A DNA stretch of 64,000 nt from a virus. Positions 48,103-56,674 of the stretch are shown here, one piece after another (the first letter of the stretch is position 1; every line of letters begins with the position of its first letter). The DNA lies in IMG/VR virus record IMGVR_UViG_3300032516_000013, positions 26,333 to 90,332 of that record; one strand, 5' to 3'. The notes below the pieces were generated by a model that saw only the letters and a list, made by a program, of their open reading frames with translations, made no database searches and had not been told where the DNA came from. Position numbers and translations under genes: made by a program.

Positions 48103-49161
48103 TTAAGATCTCGCCTTAACTAAATAACGAAACTTATTTTCCAAAGAAAACAAAACAACTGAATTCTCTGCAAAATAACGAAACTCCAAACACAAACTAA
48201 CCACGTCTTTCAAAAGAACAGGATTAACACAGAACTCAAATTGTTTGCCTGTTCTCTTAGTTTTAAGAGGAACAACTTCCCTCAAACTTCTCTCCTTTTG
48301 TCCACCCACAATAAATTTCTGAGATGTGGTCTCCGCACTCTCTTCCAAAACAGTAAATTGCACTTCCTTATCCTCTCCAGAAACATCCTTCAAAAGACCC
48401 AAATGCCTTTCCAAAATACTGGGGAAACTATCATCCAAAGTTATTGTTTCGGCCCCTTCTCCATTTGGAAAGAATCCACTTAGATCTTTATACTCTCCTT
48501 CAATGGTAGTTGCCCATATTAATGTTCCATCCTTCAAAGTTATTCCAAAACAACCTCCAAAATTCTTCCCCGGAGCAAAACGCATCTTATCTATATCTCC
48601 CCGAAATTCATACAAAATACTAGCTAATCTGGCAGGAACGCAACAATTTAATCCTATAGGATTTTTAAGTTTCCAATTCAAAATCCTATATTTGTCACAA
48701 CTCCACAAAGAATCATCCTGTATCTTAACACCAGAAAGGAGACCAACAGTCTCATCCTTTGAAGTCCCCAATTGACAGAACCTTAATCCAGCTATAAAAT
48801 CCTCTAAATCCCCAACAATCACATCGCTACCATTCTCTGGAACAGCAACTGGAACAGGATCAGAAATAGCAAACTCGCCCTCCAAATTCTTAGCGGTGAT
48901 AAACATTTTCCCATCCCGCATATCCAAATCTAATTCCTTTGCAGAAAGCCGCTTCAAAAGAAAATAAAATGGTTCAGCCTGCACTCTCAAGTTTAATCTT
49001 ACACCCTCTGGAAGAATTGTATTTATGCATATGTTACCGTTTGTTGCTTGAAGTCTGTCATCACAAAAATTCAGAAGTTGATAATCTGGTGCTGACTTAG
49101 CACTTATAACAGGCATAACTCTTTCCAAGCAATCTAGCAAAACTTTTCTACTGACCTTCAT
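48103..49161 (-). CDS. dnaN: DNA polymerase sliding clamp, beta (DnaN)-like
   Basis: About 350 aa; L.ATN, LSGV, CD.YR, EG.Y.D, NP.LL.D three-domain pattern; next to pol and loader. Confidence 0.7.
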   Translation of the reverse strand: MKVSRKVLLDCLERVMPVISAKSAPDYQLLNFCDDRLQATNGNICINTILPEGVRLNLRVQAEPFYFLLKRLSAKELDLDMRDGKMFITAKNLEGEFAISDPVPVAVPENGSDVIVGDLEDFIAGLRFCQLGTSKDETVGLLSGVKIQDDSLWSCDKYRILNWKLKNPIGLNCCVPARLASILYEFRGDIDKMRFAPGKNFGGCFGITLKDGTLIWATTIEGEYKDLSGFFPNGEGAETITLDDSFPSILERHLGLLKDVSGEDKEVQFTVLEESAETTSQKFIVGGQKERSLREVVPLKTKRTGKQFEFCVNPVLLKDVVSLCLEFRYFAENSVVLFSLENKFRYLVKARS

Positions 49162-49172
49162 GTTTTCACCTT

Positions 49173-50141
49173 TCAAATTAAACATTCCTCTTTGATAAGT
49201 TGCCACACATTCTCAGCACCCCAACTATCGGGGTCCTCATTTACATGTTCTGTAAAACTCTTCCAAAAATAAGGAAGTTGAATAACAAAAACTTCATCAA
49301 TAAAAGGCATAAAGTATTGGGATTCTCTCTCCCCAATAAAATATGCGTCACCGTCGTAAGCAAAGATTAATTTTTTTGGTTTAAGTTTTATCAGCAATCT
49401 CTTCTGTTGTTCCGTCAAAGCAGTTCCAAAAGAAGCTAAAGTATTTCCTCCAAGCCTCCAAGCGTCTAGCAAACCTTCAACTATAATAACATAACCCAAA
49501 CTTCTATCCAACATATCCCAACGATAAAAATATTGCTTAATCTCACTATCTTTTGTATCCGCTTTATATTTTGACTCTGCCTTTCCTGTCATATCAGCTG
49601 CTTGAAATCCTATCAATTTTCCTTCAAAGAAAATAGGGGCAATCAGTCTATTCATATACTCGCCCACACAACAAATTCCACACTTATGTTCAATTAAAGT
49701 TTCTAAGGAAAGTTTTCTTCTCTTAATATAATCCTGCAACAAAAGAGAATCAACATTCTGAACCGGCTCAAAAAACTTAGGAAGTTGAATTGATCCTCGT
49801 TTCCATTTCTCTTCCTTCTCCTTAGGTTCCTCCCGAAATATCTTAAGAATTTGCTGCTCAGAATCCTGAATAAATGAAGAATCAGAAGATTGTATTATTT
49901 CTAACTGACAAAGTTCTTTTGGCCTATGAGTAATAACTGATAAAAGGTAAGCAAAATCTCCACTTTGCCCACATTTCCAACAATGGAATAATGTGGAATC
50001 CCTAAATATGCCGCAATGGTTGGACTGATCTGTACAAAGAGGACATTGAATATTTACAGAATTAGAAACATTTTTCCCTTCTGTCCAATAAGGAACAGAA
50101 TATTTTTCAAGAAGAGAAATAATAGTATTAATATAATCCAT
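49173..50141 (-). CDS. DNA primase (Zn finger + TOPRIM)
   Basis: CPLC.D...H......FHCWKCG; VEG..D, FG, YDGD, DPD. Confidence 0.88.
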   Translation of the reverse strand: MDYINTIISLLEKYSVPYWTEGKNVSNSVNIQCPLCTDQSNHCGIFRDSTLFHCWKCGQSGDFAYLLSVITHRPKELCQLEIIQSSDSSFIQDSEQQILKIFREEPKEKEEKWKRGSIQLPKFFEPVQNVDSLLLQDYIKRRKLSLETLIEHKCGICCVGEYMNRLIAPIFFEGKLIGFQAADMTGKAESKYKADTKDSEIKQYFYRWDMLDRSLGYVIIVEGLLDAWRLGGNTLASFGTALTEQQKRLLIKLKPKKLIFAYDGDAYFIGERESQYFMPFIDEVFVIQLPYFWKSFTEHVNEDPDSWGAENVWQLIKEECLI

Positions 50142-50142
50142 A

Positions 50143-50412
50143 TTAAAATCTATTTTTATCCATTCCTCTTACTGGATGTGGGATTAAATTCTCATAACGC
50201 GTTTTTGAGGCGGCTATATACAAGAGTTCATGTAATTTATCTCTACTCCAGCCAAACCCCAAAAGTTTTAACCTAAATTTTTCCAATTCCCCTTCTAAAC
50301 CATTTAAAAGAAGATCATGAAAATCTAGCAAGGCACGAAAATGTAATATGACAGATCGTTCATTCAAATAATCAACTTGGGCTGGTTCAGGCAAAATATA
50401 ATAATTGCTCAT
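50143..50412 (-). CDS. Hypothetical protein
   Basis: Coupled ORF. Confidence 0.5.
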   Translation of the reverse strand: MSNYYILPEPAQVDYLNERSVILHFRALLDFHDLLLNGLEGELEKFRLKLLGFGWSRDKLHELLYIAASKTRYENLIPHPVRGMDKNRF

Positions 50413-51620
50413 AAATTATCCTCCACATCTCCTTGTTCTTTTTCCATCTTCTTATCTTGATCCATTAAGAATTCCTCAGATTTGTGTTTTAAGCAAGTCC
50501 AATTTCCATTTCTATCAGTAAACCAAACAACTACTCCTTCTCTCAAAGTGTTGGCATCTAAAGTAGATCTGCCTTTAGCATAAAATTGAACATTGTCTAC
50601 TATTCCGTCTACAGTTGTCAAGGCAATATTACGTCCAGAATTAGTAAACATAAAAGGTTTTTCTAATCCCAGTTCTCCTGCACGATGATATACTTGTTCT
50701 CTATTTAAGTCTACTGTAAAACCATTAGGAGTAGTTATAGTAACTCTATACAGCATGCACTTAAACTCACCAGGTCGACAATTGTATGGATACCCTTCTT
50801 GAATCATAGATCCATTTACATCATACCCGTATATTTCGTAATAGATCTCTTCCCCTTTGTGAAGGTGAGGAGCAACTTTACGTTCAATTTCTGCTCGAAC
50901 TTGTGGAATATGATTATTTATACTATCAAATCTGCGAATTCCTGAAACAATTCTCCATGTAGGTTCTGATTTTCTCCAGCATCTCCACCACTTTTTACCT
51001 ACGGGACAAAGAACATTCCCTGTCCTTCCAGAAGTTCCATGAATCTTTTCTTCAATATAGCAAACAGCATCTTCAGGAATATCATCCAACTGTCTCATCA
51101 GTTGCTTTGTATCCCAATGCTTGTGGAACATATCAGAAATAGGCTTTGAAGGCTGTCCTGGACATCCTTTTATTGAAACAATATATTTGCTACAAATTTC
51201 AATTCCATTTATGTGTGTAAATTCTGTACCTTCTGGAAGATTTATCTCTAATGTTTGCACAGATGGACCTTGCAAAGGAAGGCACAATAAACTTGATAAT
51301 TCTGCAACATACCCATTACTCATCTCTCCACGAAACTTCTGTGCTCTGACTTTACCATCCTTACCAAAACGCCCTTTCTTTGTGGAATCAACGTTCATTT
51401 CTGAACTGGAATATAAATTGTTCCAACGAAGATAATCGTGGGATAATCGTAAGTTGGAATCAAAATAGATAACCAAATCGTCATCTTTTACATCCAAACC
51501 CACAATCACAGTAGTTCCTAAAATGGTAGCAAGCTGTAAACGATCCGCATTGGGGTGCTTTCTTACGTTTTTCAAGCGAGTAATTACAGCATTATTTGTT
51601 TCTGATTTAGTTAACATCAA
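50409..51620 (-). CDS. RNA ligase (DRB0094/Rnl2-like, with N-terminal OB domain)
   Basis: HPNADRL, K.RG..S.G, EEKIHGT, E.YG, REGVV, LK.KS..F. Confidence 0.85.
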   Translation of the reverse strand: MMLTKSETNNAVITRLKNVRKHPNADRLQLATILGTTVIVGLDVKDDDLVIYFDSNLRLSHDYLRWNNLYSSSEMNVDSTKKGRFGKDGKVRAQKFRGEMSNGYVAELSSLLCLPLQGPSVQTLEINLPEGTEFTHINGIEICSKYIVSIKGCPGQPSKPISDMFHKHWDTKQLMRQLDDIPEDAVCYIEEKIHGTSGRTGNVLCPVGKKWWRCWRKSEPTWRIVSGIRRFDSINNHIPQVRAEIERKVAPHLHKGEEIYYEIYGYDVNGSMIQEGYPYNCRPGEFKCMLYRVTITTPNGFTVDLNREQVYHRAGELGLEKPFMFTNSGRNIALTTVDGIVDNVQFYAKGRSTLDANTLREGVVVWFTDRNGNWTCLKHKSEEFLMDQDKKMEKEQGDVEDNL

Positions 51621-51873
51621 ATTCCTCTAGCAACATATTCATGTCTTGAGCAGAAATACAGACTTGAAATCCGTTATGATTTCTTCCCATAATATCTATA
51701 CAAAAATCTTTTTCGTAAGGATAGTTTTCTAGCAAATCTCCTATATAATACGAAACAGGCCAGCCAAAATCCAGAACCATTCTATTTTTATCAAATTCTG
51801 AATTTCTCAAAATAACTTTCTTCTTGAATTTATTTCCCATTGTATCAAAGGCTTTTATTTCAATTTCTTTCAT
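51607..51873 (-). CDS. Hypothetical protein
   Basis: 88-aa ORF. Confidence 0.5.
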   Translation of the reverse strand: MKEIEIKAFDTMGNKFKKKVILRNSEFDKNRMVLDFGWPVSYYIGDLLENYPYEKDFCIDIMGRNHNGFQVCISAQDMNMLLEEFDVN

Positions 51874-51874
51874 A

Positions 51875-52327
51875 TTAATCCCACCAAGTTCTTACCTGCT
51901 TTTTTATTATACGAAGCAAAAGATCAATATCCTGTTGAATCATTTTTTCTTTATATTTAAAACCCCAATCAATATATTTTCTTTCTAAATCCGTGCAATT
52001 ATCAACAAGTCTTAAAACACCTTTTCCTTCATCTACAAAATCAAATTGATCAAAAGCTTTAAAATTTCGATCTTCCCAAGGAGAAGTATAATCCTCTTCT
52101 ATCAATCTCTTGCAAAGAAGTTTGCATATCCTAACCTGCTTCGCCACATGTTTAGCATCAGCAGACATTGCCATATTTGAATTATAAAACTCTTCCATCA
52201 ATTGAAACTTAAACTGCAACAAACTAAAAAGAAAACATTCATCCCAGGGTTGATCTCTCCAAATGACAGGAAGCCATCTAGCAAGAAGAACTATCTTCCT
52301 AAAGAATCTTCGAATCCTCCAAATCAT
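51875..52327 (-). CDS. Conserved hypothetical phage protein
   Basis: W.P.IW.D..WD...WWD pattern. Confidence 0.6.
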   Translation of the reverse strand: MIWRIRRFFRKIVLLARWLPVIWRDQPWDECFLFSLLQFKFQLMEEFYNSNMAMSADAKHVAKQVRICKLLCKRLIEEDYTSPWEDRNFKAFDQFDFVDEGKGVLRLVDNCTDLERKYIDWGFKYKEKMIQQDIDLLLRIIKKQVRTWWD

Positions 52328-52614
52328 CTCACATCCTCCAGTGAAGAAGAATCCAAAGTGCTCACAGATCCATTCTCTCTCTTTTTAACATCCTCATAAG
52401 GAGCGGCAATTTGACGATAAAGTTCCAACTTTGCACATTCAAGAATACCAATAACTTCATTTATCCGAGCATATTTTAAACCAAGTCCCTGAAGATATAA
52501 ATGAATCAGTTTGGTGATTGCATAATTCATCTGCCCACAATGACCAATACTTTTAATCATTTCATTTAGAAGTTTGTCAATTTCTTCTCTTTCAAGTTGT
52601 CTTACGTAGGGCAT
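52324..52614 (-). CDS. Conserved hypothetical phage protein
   Basis: MPY...G..NY.IT....Y..IN..IG.LECAK.E.YR....PYED.K...NG. Confidence 0.65.
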   Translation of the reverse strand: MPYVRQLEREEIDKLLNEMIKSIGHCGQMNYAITKLIHLYLQGLGLKYARINEVIGILECAKLELYRQIAAPYEDVKKRENGSVSTLDSSSLEDVR

Positions 52615-52625
52615 ATTTTCTCCTA

Positions 52626-53153
52626 TTAATCCTCTATTAATTGAAAATAAGTTTCCAAAACATCTTTACAAATGCTATAATAATTACTCTCTTTTAGTTC
52701 TTCTTCCAAAAAGACAAAGTATCTTATATCTCCATCATATCTATCGTCTTCCCCAGCATAACCAATTGAGTAAGTAGAACCAACAACACCTTCTCTCTCA
52801 TTACCAAAATCAAACTCCTTTATACATTGATATTTCTGAACAGAATCTAAAGCACTTTTAAGCTGAACTTCTTCAAATTTTTCGTCTTCCTGAACCTGTT
52901 GAGCAGATTCTCGATAACTATGTATTGCTTCTTCCAAGATTCCCAATGCTTCATAATGACTACGAGAAGCCCAATTTACTATTTCAAAAATAAGAAGGGA
53001 AGCTGCACCAGATTTAAAACCATTAGAACTATCTGGTATTTGCTGAAATAAATTAATAAGCCTTTCTTTCTCAACTTCAATATCGTCCCAAGTTATTGTT
53101 TCAAATATATTTTCAGGCATTATAATTCCTCCGTTTCTAAACCAAAGCAACAT
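52626..53153 (-). CDS. Hypothetical acidic protein
   Basis: ORF; probable start MPENI. Confidence 0.55.
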   Translation of the reverse strand: MLLWFRNGGIIMPENIFETITWDDIEVEKERLINLFQQIPDSSNGFKSGAASLLIFEIVNWASRSHYEALGILEEAIHSYRESAQQVQEDEKFEEVQLKSALDSVQKYQCIKEFDFGNEREGVVGSTYSIGYAGEDDRYDGDIRYFVFLEEELKESNYYSICKDVLETYFQLIED

Positions 53154-53199
53154 ACCCCTCGTAATATGTGCTGATGGGTATGCTCTCTGGCAAACATAC

Positions 53200-54123
53200 T
53201 TATCGATACAATTCAGCTACTACATAAGCCCTGGAAAGCTTCTCTCCGGTACTCGAACCAATACCTGTGGCTCCGTTAAAGACACTTGTTGAACCAGCAG
53301 TCTGAGCACCACCACCACCCAAAACTGCTGAGCTAACCTTCGTCACTGGATTCGAAAAGGTTCGAAATACAACCAGTTTGGCACCGGCCTCTGCAGCCTT
53401 AACTGCCATAGCAGCCATTGCCTGATGCTCACTCTTACAAAGCTTCTTCGAATATGCCTGAGCCTCACCTATCTTTGTCATGTTTGTGGCAACATAGTCG
53501 GAAGACACAACTACTCGAATTCGACTAACTGCCTTCTCCTTAGTAAAAACAGCTACTTCAACCTGATAAGTGCTTTCCCAATCCGACCACAAAATACTAA
53601 GGCAACGACCAGGATTTGCAAATCTAGTCAGCTCTGTAACTGTGTACTCAGCACGCTGGAGCTTAAACATGCTTGTGGTCATTGTAAGCTCATCACCAAT
53701 CGTCCGGTACATAGGAGCTACTGAACCTGGAGCCAAAAGCTGTGTCGGATTAATTGTGGTATCAGTAATTGAAACACTGTTGCCATGATTTGTAGCACTG
53801 CTGTTGTTCTCGTTAGCATTTGCATTCTCGTTGCTGTTCTCGTTAACGTTCTCATTGGTGTTTTCGTTAGTGTTCTTAACACTATTTTTGACGTTGTTCG
53901 TAATATCATTGTTGTTCTTCACATCAACATCAATCTTGTTGGTATTGGTAGTATCACCAATCCGAACTGAACCCCCATCTCCACCTTCAGCAGTAACATT
54001 ACCAATACTCTGGGTTTGATCTTGCTTATTCAACCCAGGAGGATCACCCTGAGGAGTTCCATAACTCACATTCACTGACCAAAACAATCCAACCAACAAA
54101 ACTACTGCAATTAACTTCTTCAT
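53200..54123 (-). CDS. Secreted/exported protein with an Asn-rich low-complexity segment
   Basis: Signal peptide MKKLIAVVLLVGLF...; N-x-N-E repeats; GGGAGGA RBS. Confidence 0.7.
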   Translation of the reverse strand: MKKLIAVVLLVGLFWSVNVSYGTPQGDPPGLNKQDQTQSIGNVTAEGGDGGSVRIGDTTNTNKIDVDVKNNNDITNNVKNSVKNTNENTNENVNENSNENANANENNSSATNHGNSVSITDTTINPTQLLAPGSVAPMYRTIGDELTMTTSMFKLQRAEYTVTELTRFANPGRCLSILWSDWESTYQVEVAVFTKEKAVSRIRVVVSSDYVATNMTKIGEAQAYSKKLCKSEHQAMAAMAVKAAEAGAKLVVFRTFSNPVTKVSSAVLGGGGAQTAGSTSVFNGATGIGSSTGEKLSRAYVVAELYR

Positions 54124-54155
54124 CTTACAATCCTCCCAAATAAATTAATACTTTT

Positions 54156-54178
54156 GTGAAACAAACAATTTGCTTCAC
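54156..54178 (-). repeat. Repeated stem-loop
   Basis: Identical 23-mer. Confidence 0.75.
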
Positions 54179-54185
54179 TTGTTAG

Positions 54186-54935
54186 TTAACCAATAACAAC
54201 ACCTAAATTAACAAAAATTATTTCCATCTGTTCTTTTGTAATTTTTGCTCTACTCATGTTTGCTCCATACATGTCTGCTCCATTCATGTCTGCTCCACGC
54301 AGGTTGGCTTCACGCAGGTTTGCTCCACTCAGGTCTGCTTCACACATGTCTGCTCCACGCAGGTCTGCTCCACGCAGGTCTGCTCCACGCAGGTCTGCTC
54401 CACGCAGGTCTGCTTCACTCAGGTTTGCTCCATACAGGTTTGCTCCACGCAGGTTGGCTTCACGCAGGTTTGCTCCACTCAGGTCTGCTCCATACAGGTC
54501 TGCTTCACACAGGTTGGCTTCACACAGGTCTGCTCCACTCAGGTTTGCTCCACTCAGGTTTGCTTCATACAGGTCTGCTCCATACAGGTCTGCTTCACGC
54601 AGGTTTGCTCCACTCAGGTTTGCTTCATACAGGTCTGCTCCATACAGGTTTGCTTCACGCAGGTCTGCTCCATACAGGTCTGCTTCACTCAGGTTTGCTC
54701 CATACAGGTTTGCTCCACGCAGGTTGGCTTCACGCAGGTTTGCTCCACTCAGGTCTGCTCCATTCATGTCTGCTCCACGCAGGTCTGCTCCACGCAGGTC
54801 TGCTCCACGCAGGTCTGCTCCACGCAGGTCTGCTCCACTCAGGTCTGCTCCATACAGGTCTGCTTCACGCAAGTTAGCTTTAGCTTTTATTTTATAACCA
54901 TTTACGTTCACTTCTGTTTTCTTTTTATTTTTCAT
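54186..54935 (-). CDS. Pentapeptide-repeat protein, copy C (intact tail)
   Basis: About 42 A(N/D)Lx(G/E) repeats, tail [20 protein letters not shown]. Confidence 0.9.
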   Translation of the reverse strand: MKNKKKTEVNVNGYKIKAKANLREADLYGADLSGADLRGADLRGADLRGADLRGADMNGADLSGANLREANLRGANLYGANLSEADLYGADLREANLYGADLYEANLSGANLREADLYGADLYEANLSGANLSGADLCEANLCEADLYGADLSGANLREANLRGANLYGANLSEADLRGADLRGADLRGADLRGADMCEADLSGANLREANLRGADMNGADMYGANMSRAKITKEQMEIIFVNLGVVIG

Positions 54936-54944
54936 ATCTTCTCC

Positions 54945-54984
54945 TATTTGCCTATTTGCCTATTTGCCTATTTGCCTATTTGCC
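54945..54984 (-). repeat. 8-bp tandem repeat (GGCAAATA)x5
   Basis: 40 bp, counted directly. Confidence 0.9.
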
Positions 54985-54997
54985 TTCTCTCACTAAT

Positions 54998-55035
54998 TAA
55001 ATTATACGAGATGAATTGAGAAACTAAATGAAATC
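54998..55035 (-). promoter_or_regulatory. Repeated early promoter, copy 4
   Basis: CATTTAGTTTCTCAATTCATCTCGTATAATTTA. Confidence 0.65.
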
Positions 55036-55066
55036 TTTAAAAATAAAAAATTTATTTTGTTAATTT

Positions 55067-55089
55067 GTGAAACAAACAATTTGCTTCAC
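55067..55089 (-). repeat. Repeated stem-loop
   Basis: Identical 23-mer, after the methyltransferase gene. Confidence 0.75.
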
Positions 55090-55108
55090 TTGTTAGTTAT
55101 ACTAATGA

Positions 55109-56596
55109 TTAAACCTTAAAAGTTAAATTCGTTAGTTCTATAGTTGGAATATCCAACTTCTTTCCTCCCAACAATTCCCCAACTGTTATAATCTGAATCT
55201 TAGGATGATCCTTCCAAAGAGATTTATATCTTCCTGCTCCTGCTGCTTCTGCAATCATAGGCTGTGTTGGTTCTTTAAAACAAATGAAGACACCCATCTC
55301 TGCCTTTTCTCGCTCTATAACTCCTCTTAAGTCACGAACTTGAGTGACATCTACATTCCCAGCTTTTACACTAAAAATAATTTGTTTGGTTTTCTTATTG
55401 TCTGCTTCATCATGGAAGTATAATCTACCATCGATACCTTTATCTGCACCTTTCTTTTGCTCAACAGGCCTAGCACCAACCAGTCCTAAAGACCACCATT
55501 GAAATTGATATGGATCATCTTGTGCCAACTTTTCAGCCCCTGCAAGATCTTCAGGTTCTCCTATCACTTTGTAATTTTCATTAGGAATTCTTCTTTTTGT
55601 TGTAGATATAGCGACGTGGGTGACATCAATTCCAATCCACTGACGATTTAATCTATCCGATACTACACAAGTTGTTCCTCCACCGCAAAACGGATCAAGC
55701 ACAACATCACCTTCCTTAGAAGATGCTTTAATTATGCGCTCAAGTAATGCTTCTGGCTTTTGGGTGGGATATTCTGATTTATTTTCCCCTAAAATATCCA
55801 CCCAAGTGGTGTTTATAGCATTTCCTTTTGCTTCATCTAAATAATCTTTCACATATTTTCTTCCAGTTGAAGAAATCCAAATTTCTCCATTAACTTCAAA
55901 TCTCTTTATTGATTCTTCGGAATAATCACCAAGAGAAAAAGTTGTAAATTTTCTACCATCCGGATCTTTCTTCGAATAATTATTTGCAATTTGTTCATCC
56001 GTATATGGAGCATAAGGTCTTTGAAAGAACCAATTTTGCGTTTTTGAATAAAATAAAATTGTGTCAGCAACTCTATGAAATTGTTTTGCCTGATTAGTTA
56101 TTCCCCTACCTGCAGGTCTTCTATTCCAAACAATCTCATTTCGATAATTTTGAACACCAAACACAGCATCCATCAACAATTTAATGTAATGAGAAATAGA
56201 TGGATCACAATGCAGATAAATTGATCCTGTATTCTTTAACACTCTTCGAAGTTCTTTTAATCTTGGAGCCATCATTGACAAATAAGATAACAAACCACAA
56301 TCGCCAAGAAATATTCGAAATGCTTGTAAAACTTGAGATATTTTCCCCCCCGATACAACCACCTCAAAATAAGACTTTGAAGAATCCTCATTCCAATACC
56401 AGGTATCCTTGAAGGCATTTAATTGGGCTTGAGATTCCTCTCCTGACTGCTCTCTAAACAGAACATTGAAATCTCTGTTTGTGTTGAATGGTGGATCTAA
56501 GTATATGAGATCAACTGTCTCATCTTTGACATATCTGCGAAGGATATCAAGATTGTCGCCATAGTATAATGTGTTCATATTCCTTCCTTTTGGCAT
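55109..56596 (-). CDS. N6/N4 DNA methyltransferase (beta class) fused to an Mrr-like PD-(D/E)xK domain
   Basis: GDNL, YLDPPF, YPTQKP..LL.RII..SS..GD.VLDPFCG.GTT; C-terminal ADKGIDG...SVK.G. Confidence 0.88.
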   Translation of the reverse strand: MPKGRNMNTLYYGDNLDILRRYVKDETVDLIYLDPPFNTNRDFNVLFREQSGEESQAQLNAFKDTWYWNEDSSKSYFEVVVSGGKISQVLQAFRIFLGDCGLLSYLSMMAPRLKELRRVLKNTGSIYLHCDPSISHYIKLLMDAVFGVQNYRNEIVWNRRPAGRGITNQAKQFHRVADTILFYSKTQNWFFQRPYAPYTDEQIANNYSKKDPDGRKFTTFSLGDYSEESIKRFEVNGEIWISSTGRKYVKDYLDEAKGNAINTTWVDILGENKSEYPTQKPEALLERIIKASSKEGDVVLDPFCGGGTTCVVSDRLNRQWIGIDVTHVAISTTKRRIPNENYKVIGEPEDLAGAEKLAQDDPYQFQWWSLGLVGARPVEQKKGADKGIDGRLYFHDEADNKKTKQIIFSVKAGNVDVTQVRDLRGVIEREKAEMGVFICFKEPTQPMIAEAAGAGRYKSLWKDHPKIQIITVGELLGGKKLDIPTIELTNLTFKV

Positions 56597-56618
56597 AATT
56601 TAAAACTTAGTTTCTACT

Positions 56619-56660
56619 TAAATTATACCGGATGTTTCTGAAAAGCCAAATGAAAAATCA
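56619..56660 (-). promoter_or_regulatory. Repeated early promoter, copy 5
   Basis: CATTTGGCTTTTCAGAAACATCCGGTATAATTTA. Confidence 0.65.
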
Positions 56661-56674
56661 GAAAAACAAAAAAT

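Noticed and set aside
53149-53184. Hairpin AGCATACCC/GGGTATGTT as a terminator
   Set aside because: Large loop and weak U-tract; not enough to call
26940-54935. Diversity-generating retroelement (template/variable repeat pairs)
   Set aside because: No reverse transcriptase in the window, and the differences are in unit number/order, not adenine-specific substitutions
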